Shown here: one piece after another, positions 1 through 17,278 of the stretch | Numbering within the stretch: the stretch's first letter is position 1 | Layout of the letters: the number at the start of each line of letters is the position of its first letter | Sequence record: PV654397.1 | Strand: one strand, 5' to 3' | Length of the DNA: 64,000 bases | The notes under the pieces: model-generated | The model's database searches: none | Told to the model about the DNA's origin: nothing | What the model saw: the letters and a program-made list of their open reading frames with translations, nothing else | Position numbers and translations under genes: made by a program

Positions 1-1
1 A

Positions 2-20
2 GGGGAACACCATGTTCCCC
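2..20 (-). terminator. Hairpin/terminator downstream of topoisomerase gene
   Basis: GGGGAAC-accat-GTTCCCC inverted repeat 11 nt after the stop; near-identical copy at 43683-43701. Confidence 0.6.
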
Positions 21-31
21 ATTAATCTATA

Positions 32-1996
32 TTATTCCATCCAGTTCTTACGATCATCAGCACGTTTCTTGTTGAAAATCAAATCAAGAGTTTCACCAAG
101 GCGACCATCATCTGTAATCGCTACTGCAACACTGTTAGTGAATGCATCACGGAAGTTTGCTTTTTCTAACGTACCCAATCCTTTCGCACGGGTTGCTTTC
201 CAACCTTTCCAATCATCTGGGTTGTATTCATGTACATCATGACCATAGTAGTACTTGGATTCCTTACCTTTCTCTAGAATGATGAATGGTGTTTTGAATA
301 TATACACAAATGGATTCTCTGGGTCTTGGAATAGTTCAGGCCAGAATTTGTATAGGAAGTTACATACTAAAGCACCAATGTTCTTTCCATCCTCATCTTC
401 GTCGGCACAGATATAAAGCTTACCATAGTTAAGGTCTGCTCTTTCCGCTTTTACACCAGGAATCAGGTTGATACTCGCCATTATATCATGCAATGCCATT
501 GAATCCATTAATTCTTTGGTTTTCTCATTACCACTGACGTTCATAATTTTACCACGCAATGGTAGAATACCATGAACTTTAGGATCACGAGCACTCGCCA
601 TGTTGGAAATAGCAGAATCACCCTCAGCAATTAGTAGGATGCATTTGGAACGATCCGTACCTGTACTGTCCAATAGTTTTGCAACTTTACCTTTCAGTAG
701 TTTTTTAGCTAGACGGCGATCTTCTTCTGCATCTTTCTTGTTTGTACGAGCAGCACAGCGTTCAAAAATCTCATCAATCCACTCTTTGTTCTTCTTGACT
801 AATTCATCAAACCACTCGGAATTCATCGCTTGTTGAATTGGACGAATAACGTTTTCGTTAGTTAGTTTGGATTTAATCTGTGAGTTGAATGATGGTGCTT
901 TCATCGTTGTTACGTTATAAATCAACAAACCTTCTTCAATATCAGAGCGGTTAGGTTTCATCTTGCGTTTCTTTGATTCTTTCTCTAGAGCAGTTCCTAC
1001 TCCTAATGAGAAGAATTTCTTGAATGTATCAAGATGTGTACCACCATCAAATGCTGGGGCATTGTTAACCAAACCATGCATATGGAAGTTAGTGTTCATA
1101 CCCGATACTGCATTAGGAACAATGTAGAAAGTACTGTTAAAGTTGAATGATTCATCTTTAACATTCAATTGCATCAGTTTAGATGCGTTGAATAGTGCTT
1201 TTTCTGTAGTTCCTTTAATTGCAATACGCTTACCGTTAAGGAAAATCTTATAGGTAGGGTTAGCAGCAGACATTTCTTTCAAAATACTGTATAACAATTC
1301 GGTTGGCAGTTTACGGTTAGGAAATACCTCAGAACTCAGAGTGAAGCGAATTGTTGTTCCAGTCTTATCTGCTTGAACCTTACGAATAGTTGGTTCATGT
1401 ACATGAAGTTCAGGAAACATAATAGTTCCTTCTTCGAACTTCTGATTGAACTTATAAAAACCGTCATATCCGTCATTGCTACTTTGTGTTTTATACGGGC
1501 GACCTTGGCGATGGATTTCAAGTTCAGCTTTAGAACTTACAATCATTGCAACTGAACCACCCAATCCATTCTGACCGATTGTTTCATCACGCTTCGAGTC
1601 ATCAAAGTTGCGACCAGTTTTAGTTTCAGTCATTACCATTGTACATAGATTTTTCTGATACTCAGGAACATAGTCAATTGGAATACCACGACCATTATCA
1701 CTGATCTCAAAGGATAACTCTTCTTCATTGAAATCAACTTTGAGTACTGGTTCTTTTGTGCCAGCTTTTTTAAATTCATCTAAGCTGTTATCGATAATTT
1801 CACGAGTAGCAGTTAGAATTGCAGGAACCCACTCAACGTTTTTAACTTCATATCCAGACTCACCAAAGATCAGTACTTGACTTTCGTGAACAGAACGTGA
1901 ACCCAGATACATCTCAGTACGTAAGCGAGCATGTTGATAATCGTTTAGACGTTGTACATCATGTTCCTGAAGAACAGCACTTTCTTTCTTAGCCAT
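32..1996 (-). CDS. gp39: Type IIA DNA topoisomerase, ATPase+TOPRIM subunit (T4 gp39+gp60-like, uninterrupted)
   Basis: GHKL motifs (EIIDNSLDE, DNGRGIP, GQNGLG); TOPRIM IAEGDSA, PLRGKIMN, DEDEDG; C-terminal KGLG. Confidence 0.95.
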   Translation of the reverse strand: MAKKESAVLQEHDVQRLNDYQHARLRTEMYLGSRSVHESQVLIFGESGYEVKNVEWVPAILTATREIIDNSLDEFKKAGTKEPVLKVDFNEEELSFEISDNGRGIPIDYVPEYQKNLCTMVMTETKTGRNFDDSKRDETIGQNGLGGSVAMIVSSKAELEIHRQGRPYKTQSSNDGYDGFYKFNQKFEEGTIMFPELHVHEPTIRKVQADKTGTTIRFTLSSEVFPNRKLPTELLYSILKEMSAANPTYKIFLNGKRIAIKGTTEKALFNASKLMQLNVKDESFNFNSTFYIVPNAVSGMNTNFHMHGLVNNAPAFDGGTHLDTFKKFFSLGVGTALEKESKKRKMKPNRSDIEEGLLIYNVTTMKAPSFNSQIKSKLTNENVIRPIQQAMNSEWFDELVKKNKEWIDEIFERCAARTNKKDAEEDRRLAKKLLKGKVAKLLDSTGTDRSKCILLIAEGDSAISNMASARDPKVHGILPLRGKIMNVSGNEKTKELMDSMALHDIMASINLIPGVKAERADLNYGKLYICADEDEDGKNIGALVCNFLYKFWPELFQDPENPFVYIFKTPFIILEKGKESKYYYGHDVHEYNPDDWKGWKATRAKGLGTLEKANFRDAFTNSVAVAITDDGRLGETLDLIFNKKRADDRKNWME

Positions 1997-2031
1997 TTGA
2001 ATTCCTTTTTAATGTCTCTTTGTCATGCAAC

Positions 2032-2060
2032 ATTGTATCATCAATGCTTTGTTTGTCTCA
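2032..2060 (-). promoter_or_regulatory. TGAGAC-N17-TACAAT promoter (extended -10 TG)
   Basis: Reverse complement reads TGAGAC aaacaaagcattgatga TACAAT, upstream of topo gene. Confidence 0.8.
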
Positions 2061-2068
2061 AAAAAATA

Positions 2069-2089
2069 TCGGGACATTAAATGCCCCGA
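2069..2089 (-). terminator. Intrinsic terminator
   Basis: Minus strand CGGGGCAT-tta-ATGTCCCG followed by ATATTTTTTT. Confidence 0.7.
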
Positions 2090-2095
2090 CAATTA

Positions 2096-2889
2096 TTATT
2101 TTACCAGAAGTAATTGTAATTCAGCACTAGGACTAAATTCATCATCACTCCAGTACTTGTGAACCTTCTCTGGACTAGCCTTAGCCAGTACTTCACCACC
2201 ACCCACAATGTAGACTTGGTGTGAACCAATCAATCGGGTCCAGAATTTAATTGCATCATCTGTGTGAAGACTGTCACTTAGTACTTTAATACCATGAGAA
2301 ACCATATCCATAAAGATATTATAGATGATACCTTTAGTACCAGTTTTAGAGGCTGTAGCAGAAATCTCAAACACTTGTGGTACACCAACCACTGCATCAT
2401 TCGACAAATGTCCACTAACGATAGCAAGCTGTTTACCCGCTTTATCATAGGCAATAAACCCAGTACCATTCTTATTCATAAACACATCATAATCTTTGTG
2501 TTCTGCGAACTTAACCATGTTGTGCTTACCTGTCATCTCGGCAGTTTTGTCAACGAACTCGTCACGGTCTTGGCCTTGGAAACTATCGAAACGTTGTGGC
2601 ATTTCTTCCAATTTCTCTTTATGGTCTTCTTCACATGAATCCATTATATCACTAGTTCTGTCTTCTGTATCAGCTAATTCTGCATCTTGTACAATATCAA
2701 CCAAACCACGCATACTAGATTCTTTTACTTTATTAGGGAGTTTTGAACCTTTCTTAAGATTTCCCTCTTTTTCATCGGCTGCATTCCACTCTTTTGCTGC
2801 ACTTTGTGAAATCCCTGCTTTTTTGGCGAATTCAGGATTATGGGCAGCAGCAGCGAAGAATTTCGCTTGGCTTTTACTTTTACTTGGCA

Positions 2890-2890
<1 letters not shown>
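2096..2890 (-). CDS. Hypothetical protein with phage N-terminal MPSKSKSQ motif and GNAT-like C-terminal domain
   Basis: ORF 264 aa; C-terminal TKGIIYNIF..VLSDSLHTDDAIKFWTRL resembles phage GNAT-fold proteins. Confidence 0.55.
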
Positions 2891-5058
<2,168 letters not shown>

Positions 5059-5071
5059 AGGTTATATACTG

Positions 5072-6134
<1,063 letters not shown>

Positions 6135-6178
6135 GTAATAAAAGCTCCGATATGGTTTTAATGTTCAATTCGATAGTA

Positions 6179-6207
6179 ATTATAGTTAAGAACTAATGTT
6201 CTGTCAA
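6179..6207 (-). promoter_or_regulatory. Consensus sigma70 (early) promoter TTGACA-N17-TATAAT
   Basis: Perfect -35/-10 with 17-nt spacer upstream of infC-clpS. Confidence 0.85.
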
Positions 6208-6398
6208 GCACTATCATTATGTTTTTTAATTGCTTCACAGATTGCTTGAACTTGCACTAGATAAGTTTTAGCAAACTCTGCTTGAGTACGCACGCGTGGA
6301 TTTGGTGCGTCTTTGATCATAAGTTCTAAGTCATAAACAACTTTATCGAAAACACCCTTGTCTTCAATAATACGATCATAAAAGGTTTTGTCAGTCAT
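6204..6398 (-). CDS. Hypothetical protein
   Basis: 64 aa ORF with GGAG RBS. Confidence 0.6.
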   Translation of the reverse strand: MTDKTFYDRIIEDKGVFDKVVYDLELMIKDAPNPRVRTQAEFAKTYLVQVQAICEAIKKHNDSA

Positions 6399-6421
6399 GT
6401 CAAGAACTCCATGTGGTTAAA

Positions 6422-6988
6422 TTATAATTTTACGTAAGAAACTACAGAAGCATCAGTAATAGAAGGTACGTTTAGGTACACATTCTCGTACTCAATGAAA
6501 TCAACAGTGGTGGTAGATAGTGCATCTTTAACACGTTGGATTGTTTTCTGAACAGAAATTTCTTCATTCTCAATTGCGTTAGTACCGTCACCTTTTAGGG
6601 ATTCGTTTAGCAACTCTTGAATAACTTCTGCTGCTTTAGCAGTTTTAAGATCAACAGTGGTTAGTGCAGCTTGTTCTTCAACACTTAGAGTGCTTAGGAA
6701 TGGCTCGTAGCTGATATAACCAACATTGATGGTTGCACCAGTTGGAATAGTTGCTGCTGTGCCTGGGGTAGCAAATTCAACAGTACAATACACTGGAACA
6801 GAATATGTTGATAGTAGACGTGTAACCTGTAGGTAACGTAGTAGTGCTACAGACTTGTCAATTGTTTGTTGGTCGGTTGGTGCAGTTGTTGGGGAAGATG
6901 AATCATAATCTTCATACATATAATAAGGAATATTATCTAGATTTGTCCCTGCAACTTCAATTTTGAATACTTGTAGTAAATTGTTCAT
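6422..6988 (-). CDS. Hypothetical late (probably virion) protein
   Basis: GGAG RBS before ATG 6988; late promoter at 7025-7031. Confidence 0.6.
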   Translation of the reverse strand: MNNLLQVFKIEVAGTNLDNIPYYMYEDYDSSSPTTAPTDQQTIDKSVALLRYLQVTRLLSTYSVPVYCTVEFATPGTAATIPTGATINVGYISYEPFLSTLSVEEQAALTTVDLKTAKAAEVIQELLNESLKGDGTNAIENEEISVQKTIQRVKDALSTTTVDFIEYENVYLNVPSITDASVVSYVKL

Positions 6989-7024
6989 TGTATATTCTTC
7001 TCCATAATACAAAACACTTTTGAT

Positions 7025-7031
7025 TATTTAT
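7025..7031 (-). promoter_or_regulatory. T4-like late promoter (ATAAATA)
   Basis: TATTTAT on + strand upstream of the 6988 gene. Confidence 0.6.
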
Positions 7032-7071
7032 TGTTAAGAATCAAAATTATTTGTGTATATCATTTAGTCTA

Positions 7072-8415
7072 TTAGAATCGTGCATTTTGACGCAACATAA
7101 CATTATAACGCGGTCGTGTCATTGCAGTATATAGGATTCTACATTTTGTATCATTAGTGCCAATACGCTCAATAAAATCAGTATCAAACCAGATGTTATC
7201 GAATGTACTTCCTTGTGATTTGTGAACAGTTGTTGCATAAGGATAGTTGATAATATGTAATTTGTTTTTAATCACATAGTAATCTTGCCACATATATGGT
7301 TTCTTTGTCAATGGGTTGATTTCTTTTTTCTCAATGTTTTTAACTAGTTCATCAAGTTTAGTTTCCATTGCAATTCTCGTTTCTGGCCCTACACCTAAGA
7401 TGTAGCTACCATTTGGTAAACGGAATTGCCAACAGTCAATCCCCATGAAACTTTCGGTTTTCACATCAGGACATTGGATGATTTGCTGGACCACATATGG
7501 ACTGTTCTCAGTGATACTTTCAAATACAATCGGTTCACCTTTTGTGAATTCCTCTGGTACTTCAAACAATTGGCTACGAATGTAGATGTTAGCCAAGTTC
7601 ACACGGTAGTTAGTGTATGCCAAAATTTTATTTTCATTAACAAAATCAAATATCTTCTTAGCTGAACCTTTGTTCTCCATAATAAATTCACGGTAAACTT
7701 CCAAGAAAAGATCTTCATCTTCAATTGGTGTAATAGTACTCAAACCATGTGTCTGGTGCATAATATCAAACGGGTTCTTGGATGTACCTATGCACTCACG
7801 AATTGCAGTTGCAATTGCAAGTATAGGGTTATCCAACGCTTGACGTAAAACTTCTGTTAATTCATATTGTACTGGAACATCAAAAGTAGGGGAAAGCTTA
7901 GTTTCTCCTATTGTTCCTTCTGATTCAACTGGAGGCAACTGACAGCGATCACCGATGAATAAAACCGCTCGGCGAACACGCCACAATTGATCCTGAATGT
8001 GTTGAAACAGTTCTTCTGAAATCATACTACATTCATCGACAATTAGAATATCAACATTAGTATTACTAACTTTACTTTGTGGGTCATGCTTCAGTACTTG
8101 ACGATTCTTTTCATATACTAGTTTTAAACCTAGAAATGAGTGAATAGTACTAACCTGTGCATCTTCTTTAGTTAACCCAGCATTGTTGATTAGCATATTG
8201 CGAATAACAGAGTTTGCCTTGTGTGTTGGCGATGTTACTGCAATATTGTAATTTTTACATAGTGCTTTAACAATCTCAGCAGTAGTGAAAGTTTTACCTG
8301 TACCCGCTGGTGCTGACAGTACAGATATAGTTTTACCTGCATAATTATAAACACGATCTACAAAATTATCAAAAATTTCTTGTTGCTTATCCGTAAGCTT
8401 GATTTTACTCATCAT
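7072..8415 (-). CDS. dda: Dda/RecD-like SF1B DNA helicase
   Basis: APAGTGKT, LIVDECSM, GDRCQLPPV, YATTVHKSQGSTF, YTAMTR. Confidence 0.92.
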   Translation of the reverse strand: MMSKIKLTDKQQEIFDNFVDRVYNYAGKTISVLSAPAGTGKTFTTAEIVKALCKNYNIAVTSPTHKANSVIRNMLINNAGLTKEDAQVSTIHSFLGLKLVYEKNRQVLKHDPQSKVSNTNVDILIVDECSMISEELFQHIQDQLWRVRRAVLFIGDRCQLPPVESEGTIGETKLSPTFDVPVQYELTEVLRQALDNPILAIATAIRECIGTSKNPFDIMHQTHGLSTITPIEDEDLFLEVYREFIMENKGSAKKIFDFVNENKILAYTNYRVNLANIYIRSQLFEVPEEFTKGEPIVFESITENSPYVVQQIIQCPDVKTESFMGIDCWQFRLPNGSYILGVGPETRIAMETKLDELVKNIEKKEINPLTKKPYMWQDYYVIKNKLHIINYPYATTVHKSQGSTFDNIWFDTDFIERIGTNDTKCRILYTAMTRPRYNVMLRQNARF

Positions 8416-8437
8416 TCCCTCGACTGATTATTACACT

Positions 8438-9746
<1,309 letters not shown>

Positions 9747-9793
9747 TTATTACTTTAACTCCATATAAACTATCAAAAAAACGTAAATTTGGG

Positions 9794-9799
9794 TAAATA
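9794..9799 (+). promoter_or_regulatory. Late promoter TAAATA for the holin-like pair
   Basis: TAAATA about 40 nt upstream of ATG 9840. Confidence 0.6.
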
Positions 9800-9823
9800 C
9801 TTTATAAAAATAACAATAAGATT

Positions 9824-12684
<2,861 letters not shown>

Positions 12685-12686
12685 TC

Positions 12687-12715
12687 ATTATAGCACAGTT
12701 CTGGTGTTTGTCCTA
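12687..12715 (-). promoter_or_regulatory. TAGGAC-N17-TATAAT promoter (variant of TGAGAC class)
   Basis: 17-nt spacer, TG extended -10. Confidence 0.65.
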
Positions 12716-12722
12716 AATTTTA

Positions 12723-12887
12723 TTAGGTTGGTACAAACATGACAATGTGTGCCTGAACGACTCTAGTACCATCTACCAGTACAAGGCCATTGGGACAAAC
12801 ATCAGATACTGCACCAGTTACCTTAAATCCACCAGTTAGGTAGAAGTCATAGATAACATTACGCTCAATTGTAAAAATATCACTCAT
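12723..12887 (-). CDS. Small hypothetical protein
   Basis: 54 aa, GGA RBS. Confidence 0.45.
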   Translation of the reverse strand: MSDIFTIERNVIYDFYLTGGFKVTGAVSDVCPNGLVLVDGTRVVQAHIVMFVPT

Positions 12888-12904
12888 ATAAATTCCATAA
12901 GAAA

Positions 12905-12923
12905 AGGGATTCATAGAATCCCT
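12905..12923 (-). terminator. Terminator after nrdB
   Basis: AGGGATTC/GAATCCCT hairpin followed by TTTC on the minus strand. Confidence 0.65.
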
Positions 12924-12935
12924 GTTAGTTTTATT

Positions 12936-14060
12936 TTATAGTTTAAATGGCGAGAATGTATCTCCTTGGATATCATTCACAATACCACCAATGATATAAG
13001 AACTGATTTCAGTTTCTTGTGGTGCTACCTGTACAGAACTACCACTTACCCAGTGTTCAGTCCACGGTAGTGGGTTACTCTTGGATACAGTATATGGACA
13101 TTTGATACCAAGTGCAGTCATACGCTTAGAACCAATCCAGCGAACATACTGTTTAAGAATTTCAGAGTTCAATCCAATAATAGAACCATCTTTAAAGAGG
13201 AAATCTGCCCATGCTTCTTCTTGGCGAATAGCAGACATAAACATTTCCAGTACTTCATCATAGCACTCTTCGGCAATTTTTACCATATCTGGATCTTCTT
13301 TCTTTAGAAGACGTAAAATCATTTGTGTTGCTGCGAGATGAAGGTTTTCATCACGACAAATTAGACGAATAATCTTTGCATTACCTTCCATGAGGTTGTT
13401 CTCTGCAAATGCCCATGAACAAGCAAAACTAGCATAAAAACGAACACCTTCAAGAATGTTAATACTATTCAAACATAACCATAGTTTTTTCTTTAGATCA
13501 TACATATTAATTTCAATAGTTTTACCATTAACAGTATGAGTGCCTTTACCTAATGCACGATACAATGTTCCTAGTTCATCAAGGTCATCATAGTATTTTG
13601 AAACATCAGCAGCACAATCGGTGATTTCTGGAATGTCCAACATAGTATCAAAAACTTCAGATGGATTAGGATAAATGTTACGAATAATATGTGTATATGA
13701 TTTACTATGAATAGCACCTTCAAAGAACGCCCATGTTTCAATAAAGTTTTCAAGTTCAGGTAGAGATGCATATGGCAGTAGCATTAGATTAGGACCACGA
13801 CCTTGAACTGAATCAAGAAGGATTTGACGTTTTAAGTTTGATGTAAAGATATGCTTCTCAGAATCATTGAGGTTAGCAAAATCAATTTTATCTTTAGATA
13901 CGTCAACTTCACCTGGTGTCCAGAAGAAACTTTTCTGTTGTTCAGTTAGTTTTTCAAGTGTAGAGTATTTGTTACTTTCAAATCGTTGAATATCAACACT
14001 TTCATCAAAAAACATATTCTTTTCTAGGTGAGACTTCTCATTAATTTTGAAAACTGACAT
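12936..14060 (-). CDS. nrdB: Ribonucleotide reductase class Ia beta subunit
   Basis: FWTPGEV, QILLDSVQGR, IHSKSYTHI, EGVRFYASF, ICRDENLH, APQETE. Confidence 0.97.
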   Translation of the reverse strand: MSVFKINEKSHLEKNMFFDESVDIQRFESNKYSTLEKLTEQQKSFFWTPGEVDVSKDKIDFANLNDSEKHIFTSNLKRQILLDSVQGRGPNLMLLPYASLPELENFIETWAFFEGAIHSKSYTHIIRNIYPNPSEVFDTMLDIPEITDCAADVSKYYDDLDELGTLYRALGKGTHTVNGKTIEINMYDLKKKLWLCLNSINILEGVRFYASFACSWAFAENNLMEGNAKIIRLICRDENLHLAATQMILRLLKKEDPDMVKIAEECYDEVLEMFMSAIRQEEAWADFLFKDGSIIGLNSEILKQYVRWIGSKRMTALGIKCPYTVSKSNPLPWTEHWVSGSSVQVAPQETEISSYIIGGIVNDIQGDTFSPFKL

Positions 14061-14072
14061 ATATATATTCCT

Positions 14073-14846
14073 TTATGTATTAATTTTATGACCCAATTTA
14101 TATGATAGCCAATGGATATCACTAATTCCTTCTTGTGAACCCAAGTGTAGTGTAAGTAGTTCATTCCATGTCAAAACTGTATTATTGTCAGGTGTATGAG
14201 CATTGTATCGAGCCATACCATCGGCACATGGGTCCAACGCGAGTATTTGATTACCCGTAATAGTTTTTGCTGGTGCTTCTAACCCCATCAATGAGCGTAT
14301 ATCATCCGATAGTATTTGAAATGCGGATACTGCTGCAACATTTAATGCAGTAATATTATCTTTGATAAAATCAACCGTTAAAGTTTGATAATATGAAATA
14401 TAGTTCTTATCAATATAATCCCATTTATCTTTAATGAAATCAAGTGTTAGTTTTTGGTATCTGGAAATTTCCGACATTACACCATCTCTAAATTCAACAA
14501 GGTCATTCCATTTGTCTTGAATAAAATCTTGTGTTAGTTTTTGATACTTAGCAACAGTATCCAGAAAGTTATCTTTGAAGTCATTCCATTTTTCCATAAT
14601 CAATTCCATTGGCATGACTACATATTGTGCAATAACATTTTTATCAAACCACTCCCACTTTTCTTTAAGAAAATCAGTTGTCATTGTTTGATATCGAGCT
14701 AACATATTAGGGTTCATTTTATCAAAATGTTTTTTTATAAAGTCTTGTGGGAGTTTTTGATAGCGAACAATCATATCCATATCAAGATCATCCCAAAATT
14801 CTTCTATGAATCCAATATCTATTGGACTACGATAGTCAACTTTCAT
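14073..14846 (-). CDS. Tryptophan-repeat protein (about 22-aa repeats) between nrdA and nrdB
   Basis: About 7 copies of [IV]xxYQ[KT]L[TP]xDFIxx[KH]W. Confidence 0.75.
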   Translation of the reverse strand: MKVDYRSPIDIGFIEEFWDDLDMDMIVRYQKLPQDFIKKHFDKMNPNMLARYQTMTTDFLKEKWEWFDKNVIAQYVVMPMELIMEKWNDFKDNFLDTVAKYQKLTQDFIQDKWNDLVEFRDGVMSEISRYQKLTLDFIKDKWDYIDKNYISYYQTLTVDFIKDNITALNVAAVSAFQILSDDIRSLMGLEAPAKTITGNQILALDPCADGMARYNAHTPDNNTVLTWNELLTLHLGSQEGISDIHWLSYKLGHKINT

Positions 14847-14867
14847 TATATCACTCCTATGAAATAA

Positions 14868-14885
14868 ATCCCGCCGAAGCGGGAT
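14868..14885 (-). terminator. C(UUCG)G hairpin terminator after nrdA
   Basis: Minus strand ATCCCGC-TTCG-GCGGGAT then TTATTT. Confidence 0.7.
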
Positions 14886-14891
14886 CTTTAA

Positions 14892-17210
14892 TTAGATCTT
14901 ACAACTATCACAATCACCTTCATCTAAGTCAGGTAGTGTAGGCAACACAAACTGTCCTGATTCTGGTTTTGCAGCTTCTTTTAGTACTTTCTCAACATCA
15001 ACTTCATCAGAACCATCATTAGTATTATGATAGTACAGATTTTTCAAACCAACTTTGTATGCATACATTAATTCAGTTAGTAGTGTTGACATTGGCAACT
15101 TACCATCAGGGAAGTGTGCTGGATTGTAACTGGTATTCACACTGATACTTTGGTCAATGTATTTCTGAAGAACACCACAGATTTGTAGATAACCGATGTT
15201 ATCTTTCTGGTCCCACAATAAATCATATTTGTTTTTCAACTTATTGATTTCAGGAACTACTTGTTTCAGAATACCATCTTTAGATAGTTTCTTAGTTACA
15301 AGTGAACGAGGTTTCTCAATACCATTAGTACTGTTACTGATTTGTGCACTAGTTTCTGCTGGCATCAGTGCCATAGTTGTTGCGTTACGAATACCATATT
15401 GTTTGATATCCTGACGCAATGTTTCCCAATCTTGTTTTAGTTCAGGAGATACCAACGCATCAATATCTTCTTTATAGGTATCAATTGGTAAAATACCTTT
15501 AGCATATTTTAGTGTGTCAAAACCTTCACACTTACCTTTCTCTTTAGCAAGCTGAACAGAAGATTTAATTAGATAATAAGACCATGCTTCAGCCCACTCG
15601 TTAACTGTTTCCAATGCAGCTTCATTGTAACGCAAACCACGTTTAGCAAGGAAGTATGCAAAGTTAATTATACCAACACCTAATGGGCGATACATTTTAG
15701 TTGCACGGTCAGCATGAACTACTGGGTAGTCTTGATAATCCAATAGAGAATCAAGAGCACGTACAGAAAGATCACAAGCAGTTTCCATATCTTCTGGACG
15801 ATCAAAGTTACCCCAGTTGATTGCACTCAAAGTACATAGACTAATCAAACCTTCACCAGTATTAATATCATCAAATGGCACAGATGGTAGTGCGATTTCT
15901 TGACACAAGTTGGATTGTTCAATTGGTGCAATTGATTCAATAAAGGTTGAGTGTGTGTTTGCATGGTCAATGTTTTGAATATAGATACGACCAGTTTCTG
16001 CACGCTCAGTCATTAGAGTACTGAATACTTCAACAGCAGATACAGATTTTTTACGAATGCTTGGATCAGCTTCATACTTCTTGTACAGCTTTTCAAATTC
16101 TTTTTGGTTAGAACAGAATGCTTCATATAGCCCAGGAACTTCATTAGGACTAAAGAATGTAATATTCTTGCCATCCACTAAACGTTGATATAGTGTTTTG
16201 TTCACTTGGAAACAATAGTCAAGTTGTCGAACACGGTTGAACTCAGTACCTTTGTTATTTTTCAGTACTACAAGATTGTCAAATTCCAAATGCCACAATG
16301 GGAAGTGGACTGTTGCTGCACCACCACGTACACCACCTTGAGAGCAGCTTTTAACGGTCTTAGCAGTTGATGCAATGAAAGGAATCAAACCAGTGTGTAC
16401 TGCATCACCTGAACGAATCTCGGAGTCCAGAGCACGAATGCGGCCCATATTGATACCAAGTCCAGCTTTACGGGAAATATAACGTAGTATAGCGTGGTTA
16501 GAAGAACCAATACTATCTAGACTATCTCCAACGTTTAGTACTACACAAGAACTAAACTGACGTGTATTGGTACGTAGACCAGCCATGATAGGAGTCGGGA
16601 GACTGATATCAAAGTTACTAACAGCATCATAAAACTTCTTAACATAAGACATACGTACAGAGCGATCATACTCCATAAAGATGATTGCTGCAATGGTCAT
16701 ATATGCCATTTGTGGAGTTTCGTAGATTTTCTTAGTTACGCGATTCTTATATAGATACTTTCCTTCCCACTGACGCATAGCAACATAAGTGAATTTATCA
16801 TCACGTTTATGTTTGATGTAACGTCCAAGCTCTTCAATTTCTTGAAGTGTGTATTTCTCAAGAATTTCTGGATCATAGATTTTTGTATCTACCATTTCTT
16901 GTAGATGTGCAGTGTACTTGATAGGGTCATAGTCACCATACACTTGCTTACGGATACTATAATTTAGTAAGCGACCAGCAACGTATTGGTAGTTTGGTGT
17001 ATCTTCAGAAATAAGTTCTGCTGCCGATTTAATCAGAATATCATGAATAGTATTTGTTTCAATACCTTCAAAGAATTGAAGTTGTGCACGAATTTCAATT
17101 TCGGAAACAGATACACCACTCAGCCCTTCGGCAGCAAAAAATAAAATTTGATGGATCTTATCCAAAGATAACGGTTCTTTTTTTCCATTACGCTTGGTTA
17201 CGTTAATCAT
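14892..17210 (-). CDS. nrdA: Ribonucleotide reductase class Ia alpha subunit with ATP cone
   Basis: VTKRNG, PTPIMAG, FSSCVV, QSNLCQEI, CTLSAIN, MPAETS, KNLYY, C-terminal CDSCKI. Confidence 0.97.
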   Translation of the reverse strand: MINVTKRNGKKEPLSLDKIHQILFFAAEGLSGVSVSEIEIRAQLQFFEGIETNTIHDILIKSAAELISEDTPNYQYVAGRLLNYSIRKQVYGDYDPIKYTAHLQEMVDTKIYDPEILEKYTLQEIEELGRYIKHKRDDKFTYVAMRQWEGKYLYKNRVTKKIYETPQMAYMTIAAIIFMEYDRSVRMSYVKKFYDAVSNFDISLPTPIMAGLRTNTRQFSSCVVLNVGDSLDSIGSSNHAILRYISRKAGLGINMGRIRALDSEIRSGDAVHTGLIPFIASTAKTVKSCSQGGVRGGAATVHFPLWHLEFDNLVVLKNNKGTEFNRVRQLDYCFQVNKTLYQRLVDGKNITFFSPNEVPGLYEAFCSNQKEFEKLYKKYEADPSIRKKSVSAVEVFSTLMTERAETGRIYIQNIDHANTHSTFIESIAPIEQSNLCQEIALPSVPFDDINTGEGLISLCTLSAINWGNFDRPEDMETACDLSVRALDSLLDYQDYPVVHADRATKMYRPLGVGIINFAYFLAKRGLRYNEAALETVNEWAEAWSYYLIKSSVQLAKEKGKCEGFDTLKYAKGILPIDTYKEDIDALVSPELKQDWETLRQDIKQYGIRNATTMALMPAETSAQISNSTNGIEKPRSLVTKKLSKDGILKQVVPEINKLKNKYDLLWDQKDNIGYLQICGVLQKYIDQSISVNTSYNPAHFPDGKLPMSTLLTELMYAYKVGLKNLYYHNTNDGSDEVDVEKVLKEAAKPESGQFVLPTLPDLDEGDCDSCKI

Positions 17211-17259
17211 GTGTCATCCTTGTTATATTGTTTATACAGTTCTTAAATTTTGTGGAAGA

Positions 17260-17278
17260 AAAAGGCGGGACGCCTTTT
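17260..17278 (-). terminator. Terminator
   Basis: AAAAGGCG-gga-CGCCTTTT. Confidence 0.6.

Noticed and set aside
32-400. T4 gene 60-type translational bypass in the topoisomerase
   Set aside because: The gp39+gp60 region is one uninterrupted ORF.
14892-17210. Intein or intron in nrdA (also checked polymerase and helicases)
   Set aside because: Lengths and motif spacing are normal; no Hint or LAGLIDADG insertion seen.
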